Source: Camelus dromedarius
Lineage: Eukaryota
Assembly: GCF_036321535.1 (NCBI RefSeq)
Contig: NC_087436.1
Span: 27,468,001 to 27,532,000 of the forward strand
Length of the DNA: 64,000 nucleotides
Direction: 5' to 3'
How positions within the stretch are numbered: the stretch's first letter is position 1; each line of letters opens with the position of its first letter. This document shows, in pieces, positions 11,381 to 24,723 of the stretch. The notes under the pieces are model-generated. The model was not told where the DNA came from. It was given only the letters and a program-made list of their open reading frames with translations, and made no database searches. Made by a program: the position numbers and the translations under genes.

Positions 11381-14300
11381 AGGAACAGAATGGCTGATTG
11401 GATAATAAAACAAGAGCCTACAATATGCTGCCTATAAGAGACCCACTTTAGGGCAAAGGGCACACATAGGTTGAACAGGAGGGGATGGAAAGATATTTCA
11501 TGCAAATGGAAGTGACAAGAAAGCAGTGGTAGCAATACTCATATCAAACAAAACAGATTTTTTTAAAAAGGCCAGAAAGATAAAGACAGACAACATATAA
11601 TGATAAAAGGATCAATACAAGAAGTTATTATACTTGTTAACATACATGCACCCAATGTAGGAGCACTAAGATACATAAAACAAATACTACAAGACATAAA
11701 GGGAGAAATTGATGGAAATACAGTAATGGTAGGAGGTTTTAACACCCCACTAACATCAATTGACAGATCTTACAGACAGCAAATCAATAAGACAACAGAG
11801 ATCTTAAATTACACAATACAATAGTTAGGCTTAATTGATATTTTCAGGACTTTACATTAAGAAAAAAAACAGAATATACATTCTTTTCAGGTGCACATGG
11901 AACATTCTCTAGCCTAGACTATATACTCAGACACAGAACAATCCTTAACAAATATAAAAGGATAGAAATATTTCAAGGATCTTTTCTGACACAAAGGAAT
12001 GAAACCAGAAATCAACCACAAAAAGAGAAAGGAGAAAAATGATTGGAGTCTAAACAACCTGCTACTAAAAAAAAAAATCAATTTGTCAACAATAAAATCA
12101 AACAGGAAATTAAATACCTTGAGGCAAGTGACAATGGAAACACAAAATCTACGGGATGCAGCAAAAGCAATCCTAAGAAGGAAGTTCATAGCGATAGAGG
12201 CCTTCTTCAAAAAACAACAATCTCAAATAACCAATGTATCCTACACCCAAAAAAATTAGAAACAGAAGTACAAACAATAGCTAAAGTCAGCAGAAGGAAA
12301 GAAATAAAGATCAAGGAGGAAATAAATAAAATAGAGATTAAAAACATAAGGAAAAAAAAAAAAAAAACCACCAACACATTTGATTAGTCTCACCAAGAAG
12401 ACGACAGGACCCAAATAAACAAAATAAGAACTGAAAGAGAAGAAATTACAACCAATTCCACAGAAATTAAAAAAAAAATAAGAATACTATGAACAATTGT
12501 ATGGCAACAAATTGGGTCACCTAGAAGAAATGGACAGGTTTCTAAAAACATACAGTACACCAAAACTGAATCAAGAAAAAGTAGGTAATTTGAACAGACC
12601 ATCACTAGAAGTGAAATAGAATCTGCAATAAAAAACTTCCCTACAAACAGAAGTTTATGACCAAATGGCTTTGCTAGGGAACTCTACCAAACATGCAAAG
12701 AACAACTTAAACTGATCCTTCTCAAACTCTTCCAAAAGTTTGAAGAGGAGGGCATTCTCCCAAAGTCATTCTTTGATGCCACTATCACCCTGATACCAAA
12801 ACCAGACAAGGACACTACCAAAAAATACAATTAGATACCAGTATCACTGATGAACATATATGCAAAAATTATGAACAAAATATTAGCAAAACAAATCCAA
12901 TAACACATACAAAGATTCTACACTATCATGAAGTTGGATTCATCCCAGGGTCACAAGGATGGTTCAACATATAGAAATAAATCAATGTGATACACCTCAT
13001 CAACAAAAGAAAGGACAACAACCACATGATCCTCTCAATAGGTGCAGAAAAAGCATTTGATAAAATCCAACATCCTTTCATGGTAAAGAGTCGTACCAAA
13101 GTGGGCACAGAGGGAGCATATCTCAACATAAGAAAATCTATCTATGACAAACCCACAAACAATACAAAACTCAATGATGAAGTGTTCAAAGCTTTCCCAG
13201 TAAAATCTGGAACAAAACAAGGATGCCTGCTTTCACCACTTCTATTCAGTAAAGTATTAGAAATCCTAGCCAATAGCAATCAGACAAAAAGTAATAAAAG
13301 GGGTCCAAAATGGAATAAAAATTTTCACTATATGCAGATGACAAGATACTATATATAGAAAACCCTAAAGACTACAAAAACACTAGTAGAGCTAATAAAC
13401 AAATACAGCAAGGTAGCAGGATACAAAATTAACATACAGATATCAGTTGCATTTCTTTATGGTAACAATGAAATATCAGAAAAGGAAAGTGAAAAACAAT
13501 CTCTTTAAGAAAAAAAAAAAAACAAAAAACAAAACCCTTAGGAATAAACCTGACCAAGGAGGTGAAATACTTATATGCTGAGAGCTGCAAAACATTGATA
13601 AAGGAAATTAAAGATGATTTAAAGAAATGGAAAGATACCCCATGCTCTTTGATTGGAAGAATTAATATTATTAAAATGGCCATACTACCCACAGAAATCT
13701 AGAGATTTAATGCAATCTCTTTCAAATTACCCAGAATATTTTTCACAAAACTAGATCAAATACTCCTAAAATTTATACAAATCACAAAAGACCCAGAATT
13801 GCCAGAGCAATACTGAAGAAAAAGAACAAAAGCTCTAGGAATAACCCTCCCAGACTTCAGAGAATACTACAGAGCTACAGCAATCGAAACAGCATGGTAT
13901 TGGCACAAAAAACAGACATACAGATCAATGAAACAGACTAGAGAGCCCAGAAATAAACCCACACGCTTATGGTCAATTAATCTGTAACAAAGGAGGCAAG
14001 AATATACAATGGAGGAAAGACAGTCTCTTCAATAAGTGGTGCTCAGAAAACTGGACAGTTGCCTGTAAAAGACTGAAATTAGAACATTCTCTAACACCAT
14101 ATACAAAAATAAACTCAAAATGGATTAAAGACTTAAATGTAAGACCAGATACCATAAAACTCCTAGAGGAAAATATAGGCAGAACACTTCTGGACACAAA
14201 TCAGTTTTGAACTAGCTCCTGGAGTAATGGAAATAAAAGCAAAAAAATAAACAAATGGAACCTAATTAAACTTAAAAGCTTTTGCATAGCTAAGCTTACC

Positions 14301-15060
14301 ATCAACAAAATGAAAAGACAACCTACAGAATGGGAGAAAATATTAGCATAGGATGTGACCGACAAGGGACTAATTTCCAAAATATACAAACAGCTCATAC
14401 ACCTTAATATCAGAAAAACAAGCAACCTAATCAAAAAATGGGCAGAAGACCTAAATAGACATCTCTCCAAAGAAGACAGATGGCCAACAAGCAGATGAAA
14501 AGAGGCTCAACATCACTAATTGTTAGAGAAATGCAAATCAAAACTACAGTGAGGCATCACCTCACACCAGCCAGAATAGCCATCATTAAAAAGTCTACAA
14601 ATGATAAATGCTGGAGAGGGTGTGGAGAAAAAGGAACCCTCTTACACTGTTAGTGGGCATGTAAATTGGTACAGCCACTATGGAGGTTCCTTAGAAAAAG
14701 GAAAACCAGACTTACCATATGATCCAGCAATCCCACTCCTGGGCATATATACCCAGAGAAAAATATAATTCAAAAAGACACATGCACCCCAATGTTCACA
14801 GCAGCATTATTTACTATAGCCAAGACATGGAAACAACCCAAATGCCCATCAACAGATGATTGGATAAAGAAGATGAGATATATATACACTGGAATACTAC
14901 TCAACCATAAGAAAGAATAAAGTAATGCCATCTGCAGCAACATGGATGGACCTGGAGATCATCATTCTAGGTGAAGTAAGCCAGAAAAAGAAAGAAAAAT
15001 GCCAAATAATATCACTTATATGTAGAATCCTAAAAAAAAAAAAGATACAAATGAACTACT
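11381..15060 (+). mobile_element. Second LINE-1, 5'-truncated in the EN domain and lacking its 3' terminus; different subfamily from the first
   Basis: Restarts at the ORF2 N-terminus (tggctgattggataataaaacaaga...gagacccacttt), runs through RT and into the 3'UTR, stops at gatacaaatgaacta. Confidence 0.95.
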
Positions 15061-15291
15061 TATTATTTATAACTTAGATGACTGATTTTTAAAACATGTG
15101 TAAGCACATTTGACTGTCCTTTATAATTGGATTACTTCATTCTGTTGATTCTTATTTTGTGTTTGGCTTTATTCCTTTGATAACTATGTAAGTTTACTAA
15201 AGCTCTGAACTGTTCTTAGAAACGAACAGTACATATACGTATATTTAAAAATTAAAAATAAAATAAAAATCTTCCCTGGATCTGGGGGAAA
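15061..15291 (+). other. Non-L1 tail with AATAAA and short A tract (putative 3' transduction)
   Basis: No L1 similarity seen; AATAAA at 15257-15262 and 15262-15267, A tract from 15289, then the right repeat copy. Confidence 0.6.
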
Positions 15292-15460
15292 AAAACATTT
15301 AAGAAAATAAGCATAATGATTAAATTTACATTTTCAAATGTTTTACGAAAATTTCAACCTCTATTCAACTTACTAAATATTAACTCAAAAATATTGAAAT
15401 CTTATCTAGAAAACATATAACATGAAAGAACACTTTAAAACTGACATAAACTGAAATTTC
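15292..15460 (+). repeat. Right copy of ~170-bp direct repeat
   Basis: acatttaagaaaataagcataatgattaaattt...taacatgaaagaacactttaaaactgacataaa matches 5249-5401. Confidence 0.85.
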
Positions 15461-16159
15461 TTCCTTATTTGTATCATCACCACTAGAAAATGCAACTTTT
15501 TCTGTTTTAAAATAGTATTTTTAAATAGTAGGGGAGTGAGTATGGGTTACAGAAAAAGAATAGGCTATTTGACAGTTATTTTAATTAAAGCCAAATGATG
15601 AAATGGATATTTTAATACTACTAACATGTCAGTTAATAACATTTTAAATTCCTAGATATGTAGACATGAGAACAAGTATTTCATAATACTTTTCCGAAAC
15701 AGTTTTTTTCATACTTACATGATATATAATGAAAAGAAATAAAAGAACTACACAGAATTTTAGAGACTTATTTTTCTTCCAAAATTATTTGGTGATTGAA
15801 ATCTCTTAATATTGGGATAGCTTAGTTACATTAAATTACTAATTCAATAATTTTGCATTGTTTGTCTAAACCTTCTCTGAAGTTAAATTTTTAAAGGAAT
15901 TTTAAAGACAAATAGAAAAATGCATAGATGTAGATAAATTGATTTGTAAAAGATGGCTAAATCAACCACAATTTATAAATTTAATCGACTGTATCTCCAG
16001 GTCACTCTCATGTTTGCTTGACCTCATCACTGTTCTGCCTCCAGGATCACAACTTTCTCATCATCCATTGTCTTGTTTTAACTCTAGTTAGAGAGCTAAG
16101 AGTAGATGGTAAAGCTGGAGATGGCAGTTATGAACCACAAGAGTTGTTTAAAAGTAGAA

Positions 16160-16275
16160 AGGCTACAGTAAATTGCACATATTTCAAACGTATACTTTCA
16201 TGAATTTTGATAGGTGTATACACCAATGAAACCACTACCACAATCAAGATAGCTAACATTTCTCTCACTCCCCAA
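16160..16275 (-). mobile_element. Old L1 3'-end fragment (L1M-type)
   Basis: tacagtaaattgcacatattt...aaccactaccacaatcaagata...catttctctcactcccc is a typical reverse L1M 3' end. Confidence 0.6.
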
Positions 16276-18879
16276 GAGGTATAATTATGTGTAGTTTATT
16301 GTACAGAAACCATACCACGATAAAGATGTTAAAAAAAGGGAGGGGCTATATCAGTCCCCCTTTGCAGGACCCAACATTAATCTCTTCAAAACAAACTACT
16401 TTCCTCTCTGTTTGGGAACAAATAATAATGGTAGCAATCCTGAAATACTTTATACAGATAATGTTTTAAGAATCGGTGTTGATGTTCGTATAGCCCGTTA
16501 TCACATGACATGGGTTATTTTTGTTTTGGTATGCTGTTCATGGTCATGAACTCCTACATTACATTCTGGACATCCAAAGAACTATACTGCATTTATTTTT
16601 ATTAGGGACTAGGTCATAAAGCATTCTATACATAAGAGTTTTAATCTCTATTGCATTCTACCAAGCAAGTTCTGGAGTTGGGGAGTTAATGAGATGAGAA
16701 GGACCCCACAACATCATGCAAATCTACGTGGACTATCTAGCACTACTCTGTACATAATAGACACTAGGTCTTCCTTTCCCAGCACGTTAAACTACAGATC
16801 CCATTCCAGATTTGTAGCCCTGACACTGCGTTTGCATTTACCTTTTACTGTATGTTTAATAAGGTTGCCTTATTAACATTGGATAATGGGATAAGTTCCT
16901 TCCTTGCCTGCTTAAGTGAAGTGGGATGAAAACTCAAACATAATTAACTTAATGTTATCCATGATCATTTGTTTAGATATCAAGAAAAATGGGTATCCAC
17001 CACCCTGTGCAAATTATCTCTGAGGTTCAATTCTAAGTTTATGTTTATTCTAGATATTTTCAATGAGGCAAAAGAAGCTATATATATAATTTCAATTCAA
17101 TTCCCAAGCATGTTCAGCAAAGGTGCTCATGAAAAAGAAAATCCAACTACAGGAAGAATGAGCTCAACATAGAAGAACTAATAACAGTTAAAAGTGAAAT
17201 ACCAGTATGTAAGAAATAGGGGAAATTAACAGAGTAAAAATTTTTTTCCAGGTTGTACAATTATGTGAAGAAGTAAGAAAGAACCAAAACGTCACAGAAT
17301 ACCTTTATATTTCTTCACAAGTCATAAATTACCATATAGAAGTTAGATTTTTTTCCCTAATAAAAATATTTCATTTGAAAATGAGGATTCTAATTTCCCT
17401 TTCTCACCATCTGCTCTGTGGCAAGCTGCTTGGATTACTTAGAATTCAGTCTTTCACAGAGCAGAAATTGTGCCATGACCTGATTAACTTTAACAAACTG
17501 AGAAACAATAAGCTCCATCACTGCTTTGATGAAAACTGTTTAAAAAGTCCCCTGTTCTTCATGATTCTATTTAGTAATCTAATCCTATTTAAACATCATG
17601 TGGTTTTTTAGAATCACCATTTTCACTCTCACATGATGTAATAAAGCTATGAGAAGGACCATTTAGTAGATAGGTTTATAATACATGACCAGTAAAAACA
17701 AGGTGTTCTCATTATGTCAACAAAATTATATTGACTTGAACCACAGAAGAATGTCTTAGTTTTTGTAATAATTTCCTAAAATCTACAAAAATGAAAAACA
17801 TACTTTTGAATAGCCCATAAACTAAGGTATATTTTCTTTAATCATCTACTATAAATCTCTTTATAATTTGGAGGCCAGCAGAAAACTGTTGTTTCTCATT
17901 CTATATTGGATTTGACATTGCATGGATGCCTATAGATGGTATATGCCCTTCCACGAACATTATTAAAAGAAAGCGAGCAAGACCCAAACGTACAGTGCAC
18001 CACGAAGAGAGCTTTGTGAATAAAGGACTAGGTTTCTCTGTTGAAGAAGGTATACATTATCCTCTTCTAAGTCTATTCATTATGTTGACTGTTTAACAAC
18101 AGCATTTCTGCAATTTATTTGATCATGGATGTCTTTTTGAATTATAACACATTGACAGAAAAGCCACAGGAACTCACATGATATAGTGCTTTTTTCTAAT
18201 AAAGTAGGTGGCCTAATGTCATCTCACAGATGGATTATAATTACTGCAAGAAATTATCACAGTTGGAATTTATCAGTTAAATATTGTGGACCTCAGTCCA
18301 TCCTAGATGCATACTCCACCTGCTCCCCACAGCTCAGTGCTGGGAGGCCGAATTTTATGAACTGTAACAATGGGCTCTCTTGCTCTCTGTCATTCTTCTA
18401 ACTCCTCTTTTAAGAACCACTGCAAATAGGACATATGAACAAACCTTTTAACTACAAAATACTATGTACTATTGTATTAAGCAATCACACTGAACTGCAG
18501 TGCTGTTGACCTGTTTTGTAAATGCTTGTCACCCTCCCACCTTCTACTACTAGTTTATGATTTGCTTCTGTATGTATGTCCTTACTACTCATGGTGTCTG
18601 ATCTTTGAGGGTGGCATTTATAAATCTAGAGGTCTGATCCTTATGGGTAGGCTTCACTGAAGAAAGAAAAGTAAGCTGGATGGCATTTTCCACTAAAAAC
18701 AGTAGTCTGATTAGTGCCTTTGGCACCTACTTGATATGGGTTTTGCCATGAAGTGAATGGTATGAAGATTTTGTTCAAAACCTTTTCCTTCTATAGAATT
18801 TTAGACTAGTTTTTCAATGGATAAAAGTGTTATTTAACTAGATATTTTTCCTTTAGAAGTGTGTTGTATTAGATAGAAA

Positions 18880-18975
18880 ACCAGCAATTGGGGCAAATCC
18901 ATCTCCTGACTTTGCCACTAGCTAATGCTGAGATCATCACATAACTCCTCCGAGACTCAGTTTTCTATCTTGAAC
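18880..18975 (+). mobile_element. MIR fragment
   Basis: ctttgccactagct...actcagttttctatct core-like motif. Confidence 0.5.
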
Positions 18976-20389
18976 AATTTATGTCAGCATAGATCTTGAT
19001 TTATCATTTAAAGTTTTGAATTTGGATATATAAACATTATAGATTTTCCTTATTAGAGATCATCTGTTGCTTTATGTTTTTCAGTAAAATGAAAATACCA
19101 AAAATCTCTCACAATCTGAACACATTAGATGGTTAGCTCCAGTCAAATAGGGCCCCAGAATCCCTACAAAAGGTTACATGATTTAGATTTAAATTTGATA
19201 TAAATATTTGAATAGAAATATCTTCAAAATTTTACTTCACAACATGTATGTAAAATGATATAAAATACTCACATACAGATAAGAAAACAGGTAGTGAAAA
19301 CCATTTGTTAGAACATTAAGATTATGAAGATTCACTTTTAAAGTTATTTTAGTGTATGCCATTTTTAATTATTTTTATAATAAAAGTTTTATCATTCAGT
19401 CTGAAACCAGTCACTTATTAAAGAAATGAAATTAATTGGATTAGAAGAAAGAAAAGAATACAACTCAGGTTAAGCAAGTTTAGGCAGTGCATCTTCATAT
19501 GCAATATTTATTCACTGTGGTTGCAGTTGCAATGGAAAGCAAATCCTGCGTAGATATAGATATATACACACAAAACATTTACCCTCACTATAAAAAAGTT
19601 CTATCAGTAACAGAAGTTGATGTTTCGGCTTAGCAGTTAGGATTTCCACATTATTCCTCTCTGGTAACTCTCAATTCTTTATCCCTCTCCTGGCTGCATT
19701 CCAAGCTTGGTAATCCTGTTCCCCTAAATCTTTAATGTAGTTTCAGTTGGATGTCACATGCTTCTTTACTTTCTGTCATGTACAGTCGTGTAGTATTGTG
19801 CATTTTACTTCTGAGTGTGTTGCAGTAATCCCTTTGTTTGGTTTGCCTTTCAGAACATGCTTAAAAAATATTACAAAGTTTGTCGGAATCTTCAAGATGA
19901 GAGGTTACGAAACCAGGAATGTCAATGCCAGAAGCCATTATCAAGCAACCTAAGAGGATTATGTTGATTGTTGATTGGTTTAGCTTTTATTGAACAAGGC
20001 AGGACTTACTGTTTATATAAAAGCCTCACTTCATCATCAGTTTGTCAATAAGTAAACACACTTTTGTTGTCATTGGAATCTACAATGTTTTCATTTTTGC
20101 TTATTTTTTTCATGGTCAGGTTAATAATAACTTTTCCGCCTACATGGATTTCATGTTTATGGACAAATGATAAGGATGTCTGAGTCAGCAAATCCTTATT
20201 CAAATGATTCAGATAGTGCCCTCAGTAGCCTCCACGCAGTACCTTAAGTAGAAGTGGAAACCATTTGCAAAGGAGGGGTTTTCTATGCACCACCAGGGTT
20301 TACTTGGTTGAAGGTGCAGGTGGGGCTTCTATAGGTTAAAACAGATTCTCCCTAGCATTTCTTCCCAGTATATGGCTCTTCCATCAAAG

Positions 20390-20740
20390 GGGCAAATTAA
20401 AATCTCAGTCCTAGAAATTTGCCCTGAGGAATCCATACAAATGAAGTAACATTCACGGAGTTTTTATGGTGGCATCATTTGTAATAGCAAATCATTGGAA
20501 ATATCTTAAGTAATCTATTGGTGGCTTGAAAAAAATACAAACTACATATAAACAAATATAAAAGAAGATTTAAAAGGAGGTGTAATGCAGGCATAAAAAT
20601 GAAGGTCTTTGTGAACTGACATGCAGTGATTGTTTGGATATATATTTATATATTTTGTTAAGTACAAAAGCAATGTGTAATATAATGTATTTATTATGCT
20701 GCTTTTGGTGAAAGAAGAGAGTGATACACACCTGCATACT
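20390..20740 (+). mobile_element. Ancient L1 3' fragment (L1ME-like)
   Basis: aatctcagtcctagaaatttgccctgagga...gcatcatttgtaatagcaaa...tggaaa. Confidence 0.6.
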
Positions 20741-21694
20741 CATATCTACCCCCGTCCTTAAGCCAGGTCAAAATCCTCGCTCTAGCACAGTTCTTAAATA
20801 ACCCTTAGTAAGTTTCTGGCATTCTCCTCCATAAATTGAAGTGGCCAAAGTACAAAATAATTCAAAACTGATTTGTGCTTTAAAATCTTGTCCTATAATG
20901 ATAATTTGAAGAATTTCCTTCTAGTATAGATGCACCCTATAACTAAGAAAAAGTACAGACAGGATTTTATCCTCTGTATTTTTAAAAGAGAACAAAAATT
21001 ACAGGAAAAAACTAATTTTCTTTAATATGGAAAACAAAGTATTCCAAAAACATTCTTTATATATGTATATAAGTAAATAAATGTAAGTAACTGATTTTCT
21101 ATTGTTGAATACTGGCAGTTGTCATAAGACCTAGGGTTTTATTTTTCTTTTCTCCTCCCAAAAAATCACGTAAGAATGACTAGAATAATCAGAAGTCTGC
21201 AAATTTAAGTTTCACATCACTAATATATTTTAAAAGTTTTCTATTCTTCTTTTATAATATAAAGCCTATGGAATATAGGTGGGGGAAATCACACTGTTTG
21301 GGAACAGATCTTTGGTGATTAGAACTGTTTCCCAAACTTCACTCCAGTTTAAAAGAAGCTTAAGATCAATCAGGAATAAGACAAGTCTACAACTTCAAAG
21401 GATGGCACACAAGCCTGAATACCAAGTAGAATGCAGAACTGGAAGGAATGACCTTGGGAGACTAAAGGAATACCTGATTTACCTGCCAATGCAGGTCAAG
21501 CCAAGAAATGCAACAAGACACTCCTTTCCAAGTCCCAGAAGAGTTCCTTCCCCAGTAATTGGTATGACACAAACTATGTTTCACTACAATTGCTGCAAAC
21601 GAAAATGTGAGTGATAACTTTTACATAAGTAAATATACATCTACACAATATTTTTAATTTAAAATATTTTTTGTATATAGAACTTTTTAAAATG

Positions 21695-21906
21695 TATTGC
21701 TTATTCCTTACGTTTAGCAGACGATTTTCTAAGTGACTTTAAATTGCCTTATTTAAATATTACAAGTTAATTAGATAGGTAATATTATCCTTATTTTACA
21801 GAAGAGTAAATTGAGTTTTAGGGAATTTAAGTAATTTCCGAAGGTCAGACAGGTATTAATGGCACAGCCAAAACTCAGAGTTCATGACTGTAAAGCCCAA
21901 GTACTT
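21695..21906 (-). mobile_element. MIR
   Basis: taggtaatattatccttattttacagaagagtaaattgag...aagtaatttccgaaggtcagacag. Confidence 0.8.
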
Positions 21907-23014
21907 CAGTGAGATTTATCATGCTGAACACATGTGTAGCATAATACATCACTGTACGCCACAAAGGAATAGCCATTTCTCAAGAACATTAGGAAAGGAT
22001 TAGTGTTTCCTATTCAAGAGGAAAATTCCTATCTTTAATGATCAAGTACAGCTCACTCCCTTAGTTGCCTGGGCATGTATCAAAAATAGTTAACTCATTT
22101 TGTAAAATAAAATAATTCATTGAGAAGAACGAATTAAAAACACCTTAACAAAATTACACAGATGCAAATTACACATTAACCCAAACACATACTCTGTATT
22201 CAGGGACTTAAAGATGTAATAAATTTACTATTTTTTTTTATATAAACATCTAATTTCTTTCCATTAAGGGCCAGATAATGGCTGGTGTATAATGATCTAT
22301 ATACATTTCTCCTCTTTGGTTCTTTTAAAATTCAAGTTCATTTTCTATGTGCTAAGTGCCATCTTTTTTAACTATCTGCCTTCTTCCTTCAGATACCAAT
22401 GTCTTTTAGAGTCCTTTGATAAGGATATGAATAGTCCCTAATCTTTCCATTTACAAAGTCCACATGTGCCTTTTATTCGCAGCACTGGTCTCTTATAATC
22501 TAGTCTCTATAAAGCCGGTGGTCTGTTATTAGTGTTAACATATAGAATACATTTTGTTTTCCAGCTGTTCTCTGTGACCTACATGTTTGTTTCTTTTCTG
22601 TTTTCTTTCTGTGACCTGCATTTTCTATCATCCTTCATCAAAGAGAATGGTATTATCCTGTTTCACCTAAGATGGGTCATTTGTGTTTTAGGACATGAGC
22701 TGAAAACAAAATTCATTATGTCACGATCCTCTGAGAACTCTTGTGCTTCTCCTTACACCTCACACACATCCACTTCAGATGTTGGCTGTCATCCCTCATT
22801 GTTGAAGAATGAATGTATGCTGTGCCTCCTAAAATGACGACGCTCACTAAAGTCACAGAAGGAGTTGGCATTAGGGGCGGTGCTCTAAGGTAGTATAAGG
22901 AAAGGACCCTTATACTTAAACTGACATTTACAGATAACTTATTTGTTAGAAATCATTTAAAAAATCAATATTCAATTAACTCCATCAATCTTTAGACTCT
23001 TATTGGGGAGACTC

Positions 23015-23197
23015 TTATTACCCAACGGAGATTTCTGTGATGATGAACTGTCCTACAGTCTACTCTGTGCATTTGGTAGACACTAACCATGTGTGGCTTC
23101 ATACATGACGAAAGTGACTGAGGAACTAAATTCTTATTTAATTTTAATTAAAATTTAAATAACCGCATAAGGCTCTGGGCTATGTTACTGGACAGTT
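23015..23197. mobile_element. hAT-Charlie MITE (MER3-like)
   Basis: ttctgtgatgatg...actaaccatgtgtggct...gtgactgaggaactaaatt...gctatgttactggacag. Confidence 0.7.
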
Positions 23198-23695
23198 CAA
23201 CACTAAAGGATTTATAAATTGTTTCAACAAACTCTCAATTTACGGAGCTTATGTATTTGTCTACCTTAAGTACTATGAAGGATTCTCAATTATGGATATA
23301 TATGAGGTATTAAAAATCTTTATTGGATATATTTATTCATTTTCTTACAATTGCCACAGAGGTGGCCATTGCACTTTTTCAATGATACATGAAGGAATTT
23401 TTTCAGCTCATATTTTACCAAATATATGTTCTATGAGATATATTAGTTTTAAAGAAATGAATGTCAGTAAAACTTTTCCTTATAAAACACAATGTAATTT
23501 TTACATGTAAAAAAACACTTTTTGTGTTTTTACTAGTGGCATATGTAAATGGAAAACAAAGTCACAAAACAAGTCAATTTGAAATACTGATACATGCATT
23601 AAAGCATATTTCTATTAATCATGCTATAGTAGTATGCAATTGCTATCATTGAAATTTAATGTCTTTTGTCTTACAGTCTCAGGATTTATACTTAC

Positions 23696-23719
23696 GATAA
23701 TAGTCAAAGTGTACTGTAT
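23696..23719 (-). other. Candidate 24-nt microexon
   Basis: Minus strand: tgcatgctacatgtgatctag|ATACAGTACACTTTGACTATTATC|gtaagtat; frame-preserving; TGCATG on both sides. Confidence 0.35.
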
Positions 23720-24301
23720 CTAGATCACATGTAGCATGCAGACTAATTTTTCATGAATCAATGGATTAAAAAAAAAAAGTTGCTAAAGTGAAAGACAAAC
23801 ATTCAGACCTCAAACGGCATTTTCAAAGGAAATGTCAGCATAAATTAAACTTAAGGGCCTGATCAATATCGACATTTTTCTCTGTAGGAATGTGTTACTA
23901 ATTGATAGACAGTCACATGTCAGACAGAGGGGAGCCAAACACAACCATTATTAGCATAAGATTCTTTAAACACAATGGCTCAGGAGGGGCTGATGGGCCT
24001 GTTAATACATTCTGCCTGTTCCTCCCTCCCTGAGCCAACCTGGAAGATCCCATCCTCTGGGAAGTTGGGATCTGCAGTCTCTACTAGCCCAAGAGTAAGA
24101 AGAAATTAAAAAAAAAGAAAAGTCACAAGATGTATGGTCTTTAAATAGAGCAGATCCATGGGCCCAGGAGAACATGGACCCAAGTCTGTGGCCACTAAGT
24201 AGGTGTCTCCTTCCTCCTTTTTGGGGAAAAATGACTAAAGAACAGGTACAAGACTAGGAACAATTATACTAGAGACATCCTTGTACATGAGAATCAGAGA
24301 A

Positions 24302-24723
24302 TGTTATGGGTTAAATTATATACCCCACCCCCGAAAAAGATATGTTGAAGTTCTAACCTCTAGTACCTCAGAATATAACCCTCTTTGGAAATAGGAATCT
24401 TTTTAGAGGCAGTCAATTTAAAGTGTGGTCATTAGGGTGTGTCCTAATCCAATATTACTGGGTCCTTAGAAAAATGGGAAATTTGGACACAGAAACAGAC
24501 ATACAGAGGGAAGAATGTCATGTGAAGACTTAAGTTTATGCTGCCACAAACCAAGGTATGTCTGGGGCTGCCAGAAGCTGGAAGGGGCGAGGAAGGACCC
24601 TTGCCTTGCAACCTCAGAGGGAGCATGGCACTGCCGACACCTTGAGAGTGGATTTCTAGCCTCCAGCCACCAGAACTGTGAGATCATAAATTATTTGTCC
24701 CAGAAGCCCATAGAAACTAATAA
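24302..24723 (+). mobile_element. MaLR solo LTR (MLT1B/C-like)
   Basis: tgttatgggttaaatt...tttggaaatagg...cctaatccaat...ccagaagctggaa...gagggagcatggc...ccagaactgtgaga...aaactaata. Confidence 0.9.

Noticed and set aside
5415..14470. Many 60-187 aa ORFs on both strands
   Set aside because: Disrupted L1 ORF1/ORF2 fragments, 5'UTR ORFs or their antisense; not host genes and not an active element
19580..19960. Possible exon on either strand (minus acceptor at 19950, plus acceptor at 19853)
   Set aside because: Weak pyrimidine tract or donor, and unrecognised peptides
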